Assembly: GCA_963422375.2 (NCBI GenBank)
Contig: OY729428.2
Coordinates: 352,001-416,000, forward strand
Source: Bryobacterales bacterium
Lineage (GTDB): Bacteria; Acidobacteriota; Terriglobia; Bryobacterales; UBA6623
Direction of reading: 5' to 3'
DNA: 64,000 bases
Of the stretch, positions 32,442 through 42,849 are shown piece after piece (positions within the stretch are counted from its first letter, which is position 1; every line of letters begins with the position of its first letter). Made by a program: the position numbers and the translations under genes. Below the pieces are notes generated by a model. It did not search any database. It was not told the DNA's origin and saw only the letters and a program-made list of their open reading frames with translations.

Positions 32442-32933
32442 TTCTACTGAACGCGTCGAGAGTTATTACCGATTCAGACGATTGCAGGCGGCACCGTGGC
32501 CATTGCCGCGATTGGAAGCTACCGCAGGCGAGTTCGGAGCCTGCAAGACGCTGATCGCGGCCTTGACGTCCGCATCGCGGGTGTAGCCGCAGCGCTTGCA
32601 CACGTACCGCTTGCCTTGGCGGTGGCTCGCCTCCACCTCGGCGCAGCGATGCCACTGCTGCGACGTAAGGGCGGGATTTCACTTGCTCGAACCTGCGAAC
32701 AGCCCAGTCTGCCATCCATGCAAGCTGCCCTAGCAGGAATCCCCGGGACTGGCTCAGCATCGAGCGATTCGGTCCAGTCTTGTGCCTGACGTTCGTTCCG
32801 GGCGCATCGGCCGTGCCCTTAGGGGAACGCGTCATGCTGTTGATCTGCAAGGCCTGCGGCCGCGCTCCCGGAGCGACCGAGCGGGCATTAAACCCGTTGA
32901 AGGGAACTTTCGAAGGATCCGGGCCGGACGCCC

Positions 32934-34088
32934 ATGCCCGCGCTACCGTCCAGCCACCGACACTCTGGCAGAATAGAACCCGTGCTTGGAAGGCTCCTGC
33001 GATCCGCCGCGAGAAGCGGCATCCTGCTCGCGCTAGCGGTCGCGGCCGACGCCCAAGCGGAGGCTGTCCGGGTGGGCTTCATCGGACTGCGCCACGGCCA
33101 CGCCTGGCGCCAGCTCGCCGACATCTCCAAGATCGCCGCAGCGGAGTTCGTGGGCGTGGCGGAATCCATCCCCGGCCTCGTCGAGGAAGCCAAGAAAGTC
33201 CAGCCGGACGGCCGCTACTTCTCCGACTACCGGGAGTTCGTTCGCTCGCAGCGGCCTGAGATCGTCTGGGCCTTCGTCGAGAACAACCGGCACCTCGAGA
33301 TGGTGGAGCACCTCGCGCCGCTGGGAGTTCACGTGATCTTCGAGAAGCCGCTTGCCGGAACGCTCGCGGACGCCGAGCGCATTCGCAAACTGGCGCGCCG
33401 GCACGGCATCCAAGTCATGACGAACTACCAGATGGCCTGGTGGCCGTCGAATCACGAGGTCCGTCGCCTGGCCAGCGAGGGCAGGGTCGGCCGGGTCTGG
33501 CGCCTCCACGGGGTCGTAGGAAACGGCGGCCCCTCGCCGCGGGACCTGCGGCGCAAGGTGTTCTTCGACTGGCTTACCGACCCCGCCGGGAACGGCGGCG
33601 GCGCGCTGATCGATTTCGGCATCTACAGCGCGGTCTGGGCCGCATGGCACCTCGGCTTGCCGACCCACGTTTTTGCCGCGACCAGCCGACTGCAGCCGGA
33701 GCGCTTCCCAAAGGTCGAGGACAGCGCCACGCTGGTGCTGACCTACCCGCAGGGCGTGGGGCTGTTCGAGGGCAGCTGGAACCTGCCGCGCGGCTTCCAG
33801 CGGCTAGAGGTATTCGGTTTCGATGGCTCCCTGACGCTGGACCGCTTGTCCGCTCGGATCCGCGACGGGCGGAAGCGGGAGCAAGAACTGAAGCCCGCGC
33901 CGCTTGACGATATCAACGGCCATCCTGTCCGCTACATGATCGACCGCGTATCGAACGACAAGCCTCTGGAGCACATAGTCGCGCTGGACCTGAATGTCGA
34001 CGCGGTGCAAATCCTCGAGGCGGCCAAGATCTCGGCGCGCGAGCTTCGCGCGGTGCCCCTGCCCCTAGCGGGCGCGGAAACGAACTGA
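32934..34088 (+). CDS. Gfo/Idh/MocA-family oxidoreductase
   Basis: VGFIG, FEKPLA, GGGALIDFGIY. Start uncertain. Confidence 0.88.
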   Translation: MPALPSSHRHSGRIEPVLGRLLRSAARSGILLALAVAADAQAEAVRVGFIGLRHGHAWRQLADISKIAAAEFVGVAESIPGLVEEAKKVQPDGRYFSDYREFVRSQRPEIVWAFVENNRHLEMVEHLAPLGVHVIFEKPLAGTLADAERIRKLARRHGIQVMTNYQMAWWPSNHEVRRLASEGRVGRVWRLHGVVGNGGPSPRDLRRKVFFDWLTDPAGNGGGALIDFGIYSAVWAAWHLGLPTHVFAATSRLQPERFPKVEDSATLVLTYPQGVGLFEGSWNLPRGFQRLEVFGFDGSLTLDRLSARIRDGRKREQELKPAPLDDINGHPVRYMIDRVSNDKPLEHIVALDLNVDAVQILEAAKISARELRAVPLPLAGAETN

Positions 34089-34183
34089 AACGCCTCGACG
34101 GACCGAGGCGGACGCCGACCGCTGTTCCCGCACGCACAGGGCCGGCGGCGGAGTAGGCAGGCGGGTCTCCTGACGAGGTCCCG

Positions 34184-35497
34184 CTAGCGGCTCGAAGCGC
34201 TTGCGGCCTCGCCGACGCCTCGGAACTCGTCCAAGCGCCTGCGGAGTTCAGCCACGATCTCGGGTTGCTCGCTCGCGACGTTGTAGCGCTCCGGCGGGTC
34301 CCGGTCCAAGTGAAACAGCTCGTCGCCATCGACCGTGCGCAGCTTCCAGGGCCCGACCCGGATGCCTTGCACGCCGCGCCCCCTGTGGTACACGAACTCG
34401 CGGCGCGGCGACTCGCCGGTGCGCCCGGCCCAAAGCGGCGCTAGGTCGTGGCCGTCCGCGCCCGCGGGCAGCTCGGCCCCGCCCGCGGCAATCAGAGTGG
34501 CGAAGAGGTCGAGGGTTGCGCCGACTTCCGCGCTGACCGAGCCCGGCGGCACGATCCCGGGCCAGCGGACGATGAGCGGCACGCGCACTCCCCCCTCGTA
34601 GGTGGTGTGCTTCGCGCCGCGCAACGGCCCGGGCGAGCCCGCGTGCCACGGGCGGACGCCCCCGGACAGCATGCGGCCGGGGAGGTTCAGCCAGGGACCG
34701 TTGTCGCTCGTGAACACGACGATCGTGCGGTCGCGCTGGCCGGTGTCGTCCAGAGCGCGCAAGATCTGCCCCGCTGACCAGTCGACGCCCTCGATCACGT
34801 CACCGTACAGGCCGCCCCTCGACGTCCCTCGGAAGCGCCCGGCGGTGCGCAACGGCAGGTGGGGCATGCTGTAGGCGAGGTACGCGAAGAACGGCCTGTC
34901 GGATTCCTCCCGGACGACGTCCACGACCTCCGCCGTGTAGCGCATCGTCAGCTGGTCCTGGTCCACCGGGTGCTCGGCCTTTTCCGCGTTCCGGTACAGC
35001 CACAGCGGCTCGTCGGTCTGCACCCACGGCTTGATCATGTCGTTCGAATAGGGCAGGCCGAACCAACGGTCGAAGCCCCGGCCGACGGGCAGGAATTCCT
35101 TGCTGGCGTAGCCCAGATGCCACTTGCCCGCCATGGCCGTGCGGTAGCCTGCCGCTCGCAGTGCCTGGGGCAGCGTCGTCAAGTCCGTCGGAATGCCGCC
35201 GCTACCTCCAACGCTGGTCGAACCGAGCTCGACGCGGCTCGGATAGCGGCCCAGCAGGAGCTGCACCCGGGCCGGCACGCAGGAAGGCGCCGAGTAGAAG
35301 GAAGTCATTCGCAGCCCCTCGGACGCGAGGCGGTCCAGGTTCGGCGTGCGGATTGTGGGATTGCCGAAGACTCCCAGGTCTCCGTACCCGAGGTCGTCGG
35401 CGAACAGGACCACGATATTCGGCGCGACGGCATCGGCGAGCGGGGCCGCCGGCGCGAGACAGATCAGGAGCAGCGCGATTCGACGCATCGGCGCCAT
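34184..35497 (-). CDS. Arylsulfatase-family sulfatase
   Basis: ADDLGYGD, CVPAR (CxPxR), GKWHLG, SDNGP, YEGGVRVP. Confidence 0.93.
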   Translation of the reverse strand: MAPMRRIALLLICLAPAAPLADAVAPNIVVLFADDLGYGDLGVFGNPTIRTPNLDRLASEGLRMTSFYSAPSCVPARVQLLLGRYPSRVELGSTSVGGSGGIPTDLTTLPQALRAAGYRTAMAGKWHLGYASKEFLPVGRGFDRWFGLPYSNDMIKPWVQTDEPLWLYRNAEKAEHPVDQDQLTMRYTAEVVDVVREESDRPFFAYLAYSMPHLPLRTAGRFRGTSRGGLYGDVIEGVDWSAGQILRALDDTGQRDRTIVVFTSDNGPWLNLPGRMLSGGVRPWHAGSPGPLRGAKHTTYEGGVRVPLIVRWPGIVPPGSVSAEVGATLDLFATLIAAGGAELPAGADGHDLAPLWAGRTGESPRREFVYHRGRGVQGIRVGPWKLRTVDGDELFHLDRDPPERYNVASEQPEIVAELRRRLDEFRGVGEAASASSR

Positions 35498-36363
35498 TAT
35501 CGCGCTTTCGGGGGCGAAGCCGCTTCGTTGTCGATCAGGCGAGTCGATCCGAAGTAGGCGGCGACCGCGATCCGCACCGGACGGTCGATCCGGGTCACGG
35601 GCTCGAGCGTGACGGGATCCGCGATGTCGAAGTAGTCGAGCCGCAGCAGCGGCTGGCGCTCCAAGGCCGCCCGACCGCGCCTGCGCAGGAGGCCGCCGTC
35701 GGGCTCCCCGGCCTCGACCGCATCCCGGGCCGCCCGCAGCTCCCGGGGCAGAGCCGTCGCGGCGACCCGCTCGGCCGCGGTCAGGAGGGCGTTCCTCGAA
35801 CTCAGCGCGAGGCCGTCCGCCTCTCGGACGGTATCGACGCCGACGATCTCGACCGGCAGGTTCGTGTCATCGACCAAGCGGCGGATGATCACCAGCTGCT
35901 GGAAGTCCTTTTCGCCGAAGCAGGCGAAATCAGGCTGCACGATGTTGAGGAGCTTCAGCACTACGGTGGCCACGCCGCGGAAATGCCCGGGGCGACTCGC
36001 GCCGCAGAGGTAGGTATCGAGCCCGGCAAGGTCGATCGTGACGGCGGGCGGCCGCGGGTACATCTCGGCCGGGGTCGGCGCGAACAGGAGGTCAACCCCA
36101 TGCCGCGCGCAGGTCTGCAGGTCGGCCTCGATATCTCGGGGATAGCGGTCCAAGTCGTCCCTCCTGTCGAATTGCAGGGGGTTCACGAACAAGGTCGCGA
36201 CGAGCAGGTCGCAGGACTTCCGGGCGCGGTCGAAGAGTGCCGTGTGGCCGGCATGCAGGGCACCCATCGTGGGGACGCAGCCCACGCGCAGACCCGCCCG
36301 CCGGGCGCGGGCCACGCGTTGCCGGAGAGCCGCGATCTCGCCGATGCTCTCCGTGGGCATCAA
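35497..36363 (-). CDS. panC: Pantoate-beta-alanine ligase
   Basis: PTMGALHAGH, RPGHFRGV, FGEKDFQQ, GLALSSRN, RLIDN. Confidence 0.97.
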   Translation of the reverse strand: MMPTESIGEIAALRQRVARARRAGLRVGCVPTMGALHAGHTALFDRARKSCDLLVATLFVNPLQFDRRDDLDRYPRDIEADLQTCARHGVDLLFAPTPAEMYPRPPAVTIDLAGLDTYLCGASRPGHFRGVATVVLKLLNIVQPDFACFGEKDFQQLVIIRRLVDDTNLPVEIVGVDTVREADGLALSSRNALLTAAERVAATALPRELRAARDAVEAGEPDGGLLRRRGRAALERQPLLRLDYFDIADPVTLEPVTRIDRPVRIAVAAYFGSTRLIDNEAASPPKAR

Positions 36364-36365
36364 GC

Positions 36366-37214
36366 TTAGTCGGGCACCGTAGAGCGCGCCGCCCGCTTAG
36401 TGACGGGCGGGAAATCGCCGCCGCGCACCTCGCTGACGTAATCGGCGGCGGCCTTCGTCACCTGCTGCCCCAGCTTGGCGAACTGCTTGACGAAGCTAGG
36501 AACGAACTCGTCGTAGAGGCCGAGAATGTCGTGGGTGACGAGCACTTGGCCGTCGCAATGCGGGCCCGCTCCGATTCCGATGGTTGGAATGTCGAGGGTC
36601 GCGGTGACCTCGGCCGCCACGTCGACGGGAATCGATTCCAGCACGACGGCGAACGCACCGGCCGCCTCGAGGGCCCGGGCGCTCTCGAGGAGATCGTCCG
36701 CCTCGCGCCGGTTGCGCGCTTGCTTCAGGAAGCCGCCGATCTGATGCACGGACTGCGGGGTAAGGCCTAGGTGGCCCATGACCGGGACGCCGGCGTCGAC
36801 CAGCCGCTGCGTCACCTCCAGCACGGGATGGCCGCCCTCGATCTTGACGGCCTGCGCGCCGCCCTCCTGCAGCAGTCGCCCGGCGGCTCGCACCGCCTCG
36901 GGCACGCCCGCATGGCAGCTCAGGAAGGGCATATCCGCGACCACGAGCGCCCGCGAAGCCCCCCGCGACACGGCAGCCGCATGATGCACTACCGCGTCAA
37001 GAGTCACCGGAACGGTGTTGTCGTACCCGAGCACGACCATCCCGAGGGAGTCCCCTACCAGCAGCACGTCCACGCCGGCCCGGTCCAGCAGCCTGGCCAT
37101 CGTGAAGTCGTACGCGGTGAGCATGGCGATCTTCTCGCCGCCGCGCTTCATGCGCACAAGGTCGGGGGCCTTCACCGCCCGGTCGGCTCTTCGCATCTCA
37201 CCGATACCCGTCAA
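36366..37214 (-). CDS. panB: 3-methyl-2-oxobutanoate hydroxymethyltransferase
   Basis: LTAYD, LVGDSLG, VKIEGG, GHLGLTPQ, GIGAG..CDGQVLV. Confidence 0.97.
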   Translation of the reverse strand: MTGIGEMRRADRAVKAPDLVRMKRGGEKIAMLTAYDFTMARLLDRAGVDVLLVGDSLGMVVLGYDNTVPVTLDAVVHHAAAVSRGASRALVVADMPFLSCHAGVPEAVRAAGRLLQEGGAQAVKIEGGHPVLEVTQRLVDAGVPVMGHLGLTPQSVHQIGGFLKQARNRREADDLLESARALEAAGAFAVVLESIPVDVAAEVTATLDIPTIGIGAGPHCDGQVLVTHDILGLYDEFVPSFVKQFAKLGQQVTKAAADYVSEVRGGDFPPVTKRAARSTVPD

Positions 37215-38581
37215 AGCCGAACGGCACCTTCGCCAGCGGAATCAAGCCGGCCAGCGCCAAGCGCGCCAACTCCGCGCACGCGCCCGGACTCCCTGAACGA
37301 ATCGAATCGACTCCAAACATCCTCGGGGGACCGGCCCGCCTGCGCTCGCTCCGATTTCATTGTACGTGGGCAGCAGCGGACCGAGGTCGCGCGATCACTG
37401 CGCGTCGGAACGCTGCCGCCCGGCGGTGGCTTGGCCTCCGGTCGGCCCGCCAAGCCAAATCCTGTCCCGGAGCTGCGGACCGACCTGCCCGGACAAGTAG
37501 AACAGCCTACGCTCGGGCAGCCTAGCTACAATCCTGACTAGATTACTAGGTACTATGATCCCCTTGACTAGAGTCCTTACGTCAACGCCATCCATTGCGC
37601 TGGACGAATAGATCCTTTTTCCTCAAGTGCCCTAGTTCCGACCCCTCGAGTTCGGGTTCATTTCAGATAGAGTTCCGGTTGGATGCTCGGTTTCAGAATG
37701 CGGAGCAGGCATCCAATTGACCACCTCCCAAGATTTGAGACACTCGAGCGGAATCTGATGCGCTCTCTTCCCCGTGCCGCCACCAAGGATGACTTCCATC
37801 AGCTCGGAGACTATGCACCTACGCTTTCTGAAGGCTCGAACACACCGGGCGGGACACCCGGGTACTCGCTCGCCGCTCGTTCTCGTGCCAAAGTCGCTAC
37901 CGCAGCCATTCACTCGACCTCCCGAATGAGACGTCCGCGGGAAGTTGAGAGGACAGCGGTCGACTAGGCCGAATGCGCTCCCGTCGTGGACCGACCGGGG
38001 CCTTCGACGGACAGAATGGTCCGATCGCCTCGGTTGAGGAGGCGTCCAGTTCATCCGACCGCAATGCCCGCCAACGTAGGTCAGGAAGGGAGCGGACGCC
38101 GGGGACCCCGAATGGACCGGAGAGTCGACTCCGAGAGCGAGACCGGCGAATTCCGCAGGAAGGCAGGCAGCGCGCCGGTCCGGAGGCGCCCCATTGGCGG
38201 CACGAAGAACGGTGCAGCTCGAGACCATGGAGACGATCGCTGCCTTTGGACGCCGGGATGGAGGGGAAACGCTTGGCTCTACCTGTCGAATCCGAGGTCC
38301 GAGCTACCCGGCCAGCCGGCCCGAGGCGGCGGGCCGCTTCACCGCAGTCAGCCCAAGAAGCGCGTCAGGCGCGTTCGAGGGACGACCACGCAGGCCGCTC
38401 AAATCTCACCTAGGGACGGGTCGGTCCAGCAGCCCCCGAAGATTCGCTTCCGGAAGCGCCGGCCTCGCGCCTCTCTGCTCTTCCGCGCCCCTGACTGCTC
38501 CGTTTCCCGACAGCCGATGCATCGAGCGATGCAAGGTGGTCCGGAGACGAGCGACGCGCCTCGTGGCTGCCGTACCCGGAT

Positions 38582-39016
38582 TCAGCCGAGTGATCGTTCA
38601 GGCCGGTTCTCGCGTAGGAATGTTGTAATGGATTCAAGCGACGCGCCGGGCTGGAAGACTGCCGCGACTCCCTTGTCCCGGAGCGCCGACACGTCCGTGT
38701 CGGGAATGATACCACCCAGCACCACCCTGATGTCCGACGCATCCGCCTGCTCGAGCAGGTCCAGCACTCGCGGCACGATCACCATGTGGGCCCCTGACAG
38801 GATCGACAGGCCGACGAATTCGACGTCCTCCTGCAACGCTGCGTTGACGATCTGCTCCGGTGTCTGGCGGAGCCCCGTGTAGATGACCTCCATCCCCGCG
38901 TCTCGCAGCGCCCGCGCAATCACCTTCGCCCCGCGGTCGTGCCCGTCGAGACCGGGCTTTGCGACCAGCACGCGAATAGGAGGCGCCTTCGGGCCCGGAT
39001 GCATGCTGCGCACCAT
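38582..39016 (-). CDS. Stand-alone cobalamin-binding subunit of methylmalonyl-CoA mutase family
   Basis: [27 protein letters not shown]. Confidence 0.92.
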   Translation of the reverse strand: MVRSMHPGPKAPPIRVLVAKPGLDGHDRGAKVIARALRDAGMEVIYTGLRQTPEQIVNAALQEDVEFVGLSILSGAHMVIVPRVLDLLEQADASDIRVVLGGIIPDTDVSALRDKGVAAVFQPGASLESITTFLRENRPERSLG

Positions 39017-39159
39017 AGTACCAGCGTGCTGCCGGCCCCTTCCCCTGCCCGTGACCGTAGACTCCGGTCGCGAGTGCCCTCGGGCCAGCTGGCACTTCGG
39101 TCCAAGGGGCCCGTTGCTACAATGAGCGTCGCAAGGGCTGACATGTTCGAGCCGTCAAG

Positions 39160-41385
39160 ATGAGAGCGATAAGGTCCCTTTTCCCAGTCCCGGCCCTCCT
39201 GATGCTTCTCGCCCTGTCCGCTCTCCCCGAACAGGCGGCCGCGGACGCTTGGGCATCCTGGCGAGGCGCCGCCTCGGACGGCGTGTCGGCAGACACCGGC
39301 CTGCCGGAATCGTGGTCGGCCGACGGTGACAACCTCGTCTGGAAGGCTCCGTACGGCGGACGCTCGGCGCCGATCGTCGTCGGCGGGCGTGTCTGCATGA
39401 TCCGTCTCGCCGAGCCCGAGACAGTCGAGCGCTGGCAGGAGCAGATCGCCTGCCTTGACGCCGAGACGGGCGAGCTCGCCTGGGAGCACCGCTACAACGT
39501 ATTCCAAACCGACATTCCGCACCATCGCGTCGGCTGGGCCAGCTTGGTGGGGGACCCGGCCACCGGGAACGTCTTCGCGCACGGCGTCGAGGGCATGGTG
39601 ATCGCCTTCGATCCCGAGGGCTCGGTGCTATGGTCGCGCTCCACGTCCGAGGAGATCGGCCGGATCTCCGGATTCGGCGGGAGGACCGCGACGCCGGTCC
39701 TGGACGGAGACCTGCTGGTCGTGAGCTTCCTGTCGGCCGGGTGGGGCTCGACGTTCATTCCCCGGCACCGCTTCTACGCATTGGACAAGCGCACGGGGGA
39801 GACCGTCTGGCTCTCGACCCCCGGCAACGCGCCGTACGACACGACCTACACCGTGCCGGTTGTCCGGGAAATCGACGGCCAGAGGCTGCTGATCACCGGC
39901 AACGGGGACGGCGGCATCTACGGCATGCAGGTCGCCACGGGCCTCAAGGTCTGGGAGTTTCCGCTCTCGAAGCGAGGCATTAATTCCTCGGTTGTCGTCG
40001 ACGGGACGACGGTCTACGCGTCCCACAGCGAGGAGAACGTGGACGAGAGCACGTCGATGGGACGGCTCGTGGCCTTGGACGCGGGTCGGGTCGCCGACGG
40101 AATGCCGCAGCCGCTATGGACGGTGGACGGCTTCGCGGCCGGTTACGCTTCCCCGGCGATACAGGACGGAATTCTGTATGCCGTGGACAACTCTGCCAAT
40201 CTCGTCGCGTTTGACGGGTCCACCGGAGCGGAGCTCTGGAAGGAGAACATCGGCATCGCACAGCGCTCCTCCCCGATCATCGCGGACGGCAAGCTGTACG
40301 TGTCGGACGTAGACGGAAAGCTGCACATTTTCCGCCTAGCGGGGCGCGAGGCTCCGGAGCGGACCGACCTGGACGAGTTCGAGAACGAAGACGGCAGCGC
40401 GACGCAGATCAACGGGTCGCCGGCGGTCGCCAACGGCCGGGTCTATTTCATCACGAACAACACGCTCTACTGCATCGGCATGCCGAAGGGCTCCGCCGCA
40501 GCGGCCGCGCCCGTCGCGACCGAGCCTGCAAGAGCCCCTGCGGGAGCCCAGCCCACGCACCTGCAGGTCGTTCCGGGCGAGATCAACCTAGTCCCGGGCG
40601 GCGAGGCGCGCTTCGTCGCTCGCATGTACGATGCCCGGGGCCGTCTGATCGGCACGGGCCCAGCCGAATGGTCCACGGAGGGTGCATTGGAGGGCGAGCT
40701 AGGCCCGGAGGGAGCGTTCACCGCAAGCGGGGTCTTCCCGCAGGGAGGGCATGTCGTGGCGACAGCGCACGGGCTCAGCGGGAAGGCGCGGGTGGCCGTG
40801 CGCCCGTCCGGCGCGTTTCGCGAAGGCTTCGACCGCTACGCTCCCGATACCGTCCCCGACGGCTGGTCCGCGGCTCGCGGCCGCTACAAGGTCGTGGAAG
40901 TCGACGGGGAGAGGATGCTGCAGAAGCCGTCGGGCAATCCGCGCAGCTGGCGCACGACTGTGTACATCGGCACTCCCTCGCAGCGCGGCTACGAAGTCGA
41001 GGCCGAGATGATGTCCATGGAGCAGCGCAGGCGCATGGCGGACATGGGGCTGGTCTCGCACCGCTACACGCTGGCGCTGATGGGCAACGCCCAGAGCCTC
41101 ATGTTCCGCACCTGGATGTCCGAGCTGGACCGGTTCTCCGAGGAGATCCCGTTCGAATGGGATCCGGAGACCTGGTACCGCATGAAGTTCCGAGTCGAGC
41201 CGCACGCCGACGGCAGCACGTCAGTCCGCGGCAAGGTGTGGCCGCGGGACCAAGAGGAGCCGGGCGAATGGACCATCGAGGCAGTCGACCCGATCGGGCA
41301 CGCGCACGGCAGCCCGGGCATCTACGGTTACTCGTCCGCAGACATCTACTACGACAACGTGGCGGTCGCGCCCCTTGGCGACTGA
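39160..41385 (+). CDS. Exported PQQ-like (BamB-like) beta-propeller protein with Ig-like and lectin-like C-terminal domains
   Basis: Signal peptide, WASWRG, repeated TGE..W and SP.IADG motifs. Confidence 0.85.
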   Translation: MRAIRSLFPVPALLMLLALSALPEQAAADAWASWRGAASDGVSADTGLPESWSADGDNLVWKAPYGGRSAPIVVGGRVCMIRLAEPETVERWQEQIACLDAETGELAWEHRYNVFQTDIPHHRVGWASLVGDPATGNVFAHGVEGMVIAFDPEGSVLWSRSTSEEIGRISGFGGRTATPVLDGDLLVVSFLSAGWGSTFIPRHRFYALDKRTGETVWLSTPGNAPYDTTYTVPVVREIDGQRLLITGNGDGGIYGMQVATGLKVWEFPLSKRGINSSVVVDGTTVYASHSEENVDESTSMGRLVALDAGRVADGMPQPLWTVDGFAAGYASPAIQDGILYAVDNSANLVAFDGSTGAELWKENIGIAQRSSPIIADGKLYVSDVDGKLHIFRLAGREAPERTDLDEFENEDGSATQINGSPAVANGRVYFITNNTLYCIGMPKGSAAAAAPVATEPARAPAGAQPTHLQVVPGEINLVPGGEARFVARMYDARGRLIGTGPAEWSTEGALEGELGPEGAFTASGVFPQGGHVVATAHGLSGKARVAVRPSGAFREGFDRYAPDTVPDGWSAARGRYKVVEVDGERMLQKPSGNPRSWRTTVYIGTPSQRGYEVEAEMMSMEQRRRMADMGLVSHRYTLALMGNAQSLMFRTWMSELDRFSEEIPFEWDPETWYRMKFRVEPHADGSTSVRGKVWPRDQEEPGEWTIEAVDPIGHAHGSPGIYGYSSADIYYDNVAVAPLGD

Positions 41386-41411
41386 CCGCCTGTCCGACTA
41401 CGGAGAACCAC

Positions 41412-42839
41412 ATGATCGCTCGCCCCATTCCGAGCCTCTGCCTCGCCCTGGCCCTGGCCGGAGCGGGGAGCCGCACAGCGCCCGCCGCCGACTGGCCGAT
41501 GTGGGGCGGGAACCCGTCCCGCAACATGGTGTCGGCCGAGGAGGGCATTCCGCGCACCTGGGACCTGAAGACGAAGGACCGGGTGAAGTGGGTCGCGGAG
41601 ATCGGCTCGCAGTCCTACGGCAACCCGGTGGTCGCCGACGGCAGGGTCTTCCTGGGAACGAACAACGAGCTCCTGCGCGATCCGGAACAGGGCAACGACC
41701 GCGGCGTCCTCATGACATTCGACGAGGAGACCGGCGCGTTCCTGTGGCAGATGACGCACGAGAAGCTGGAGGCGGGGCGCGTGAACGACTGGCCCGAACA
41801 GGGCGTGTGCTCGTCGCCGGCGGTAGTGGACGGCATGGTCTACTACGTCTCGAATCGGGCCGAGGTGCTCGCGCTCGACGCCGCCGGTTTCCGGGACGGC
41901 GAGAACGACGGGCCCTACACGAACGAGCGGCACACCTCGGAGACCGACGGCGACGTCATCTGGGTGCTCGACATGTACAACGATCTGGGCGTCTTCCCGC
42001 ACAACATGGCGGCGACCTCGCCGCTCGTGGCGGGCGACCTGCTGTTCGTCAACACCTCCAACGGCGTGGACGAGAGCCATATCAATATTCCGTCGCCGCG
42101 CAGCCCCAGCTTTCTCGCCCTGAACCGGAATACCGGCGAAATCGTCTGGGAGGACCGCTCGCCGGGCCGCGGCATCCTCCACGGCCAGTGGTCCTCGCCG
42201 GCTTACGGCGACGCGGGCGGCAAGACCCAAGTGATCTTCGCCGGGGGCGACGGCTGGGTCTACAGCTTCGTGCCGGAATCGGGAGAGCTGATCTGGAAGT
42301 TCGACGCGAACCCCAAGGATTCGGAATGGAAGCAGGGCCGGGGTGACCGCAACAACATCATCGCCACGCCGGTCCTGCTGGACGGGACCGTGTACGTGGC
42401 CGTCGGCCAGGATCCGGAGCACGGCGAGGGCGTGGGCCACCTGTGGGCCATCGACGCCTCGGGCGCGGGGGACGTGACGGAGAGCCACGTGGTCTGGCAC
42501 CACCCCTTCCGGCGAACCGTCTCGACCGTGGCGATCCACGACGGAATCGTTTACGCCCCGAACTTCTCGGGCTTCTTCCACGCCCTTGACCTCGAGACCG
42601 GCAAGCTGCTCTGGGAGTACGACATGCTGGCGGCGGTGTGGGGATCGCCGTACGTCGTCGACGGCAAGGTCATGCTCGGCGACGAGGACGGCGACCTGAC
42701 CGTGCTGAAGACCGGCCGCGAAATGGAGGTGCTGTCCGAGGTCAACTTCGGCAACGTGATCTACTCCACCCCCGTGGCGGCGAACGGCAAGCTGTTCATC
42801 ATGACGAGATCGCACCTGTACGCGATCACGGCCGACTGA
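41412..42839 (+). CDS. Exported PQQ-like beta-propeller protein
   Basis: DWPMWGG, GSQSYGNPV, TGEIVW, STPVAANG; RBS GGAG upstream. Confidence 0.87.
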   Translation: MIARPIPSLCLALALAGAGSRTAPAADWPMWGGNPSRNMVSAEEGIPRTWDLKTKDRVKWVAEIGSQSYGNPVVADGRVFLGTNNELLRDPEQGNDRGVLMTFDEETGAFLWQMTHEKLEAGRVNDWPEQGVCSSPAVVDGMVYYVSNRAEVLALDAAGFRDGENDGPYTNERHTSETDGDVIWVLDMYNDLGVFPHNMAATSPLVAGDLLFVNTSNGVDESHINIPSPRSPSFLALNRNTGEIVWEDRSPGRGILHGQWSSPAYGDAGGKTQVIFAGGDGWVYSFVPESGELIWKFDANPKDSEWKQGRGDRNNIIATPVLLDGTVYVAVGQDPEHGEGVGHLWAIDASGAGDVTESHVVWHHPFRRTVSTVAIHDGIVYAPNFSGFFHALDLETGKLLWEYDMLAAVWGSPYVVDGKVMLGDEDGDLTVLKTGREMEVLSEVNFGNVIYSTPVAANGKLFIMTRSHLYAITAD

Positions 42840-42849
42840 GACGACCGCC

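Noticed and set aside
32442..32933. Purine riboswitch or other leader upstream of guaB
   Set aside because: No recognisable aptamer consensus or terminator; an Rfam search would be needed to exclude it fully.
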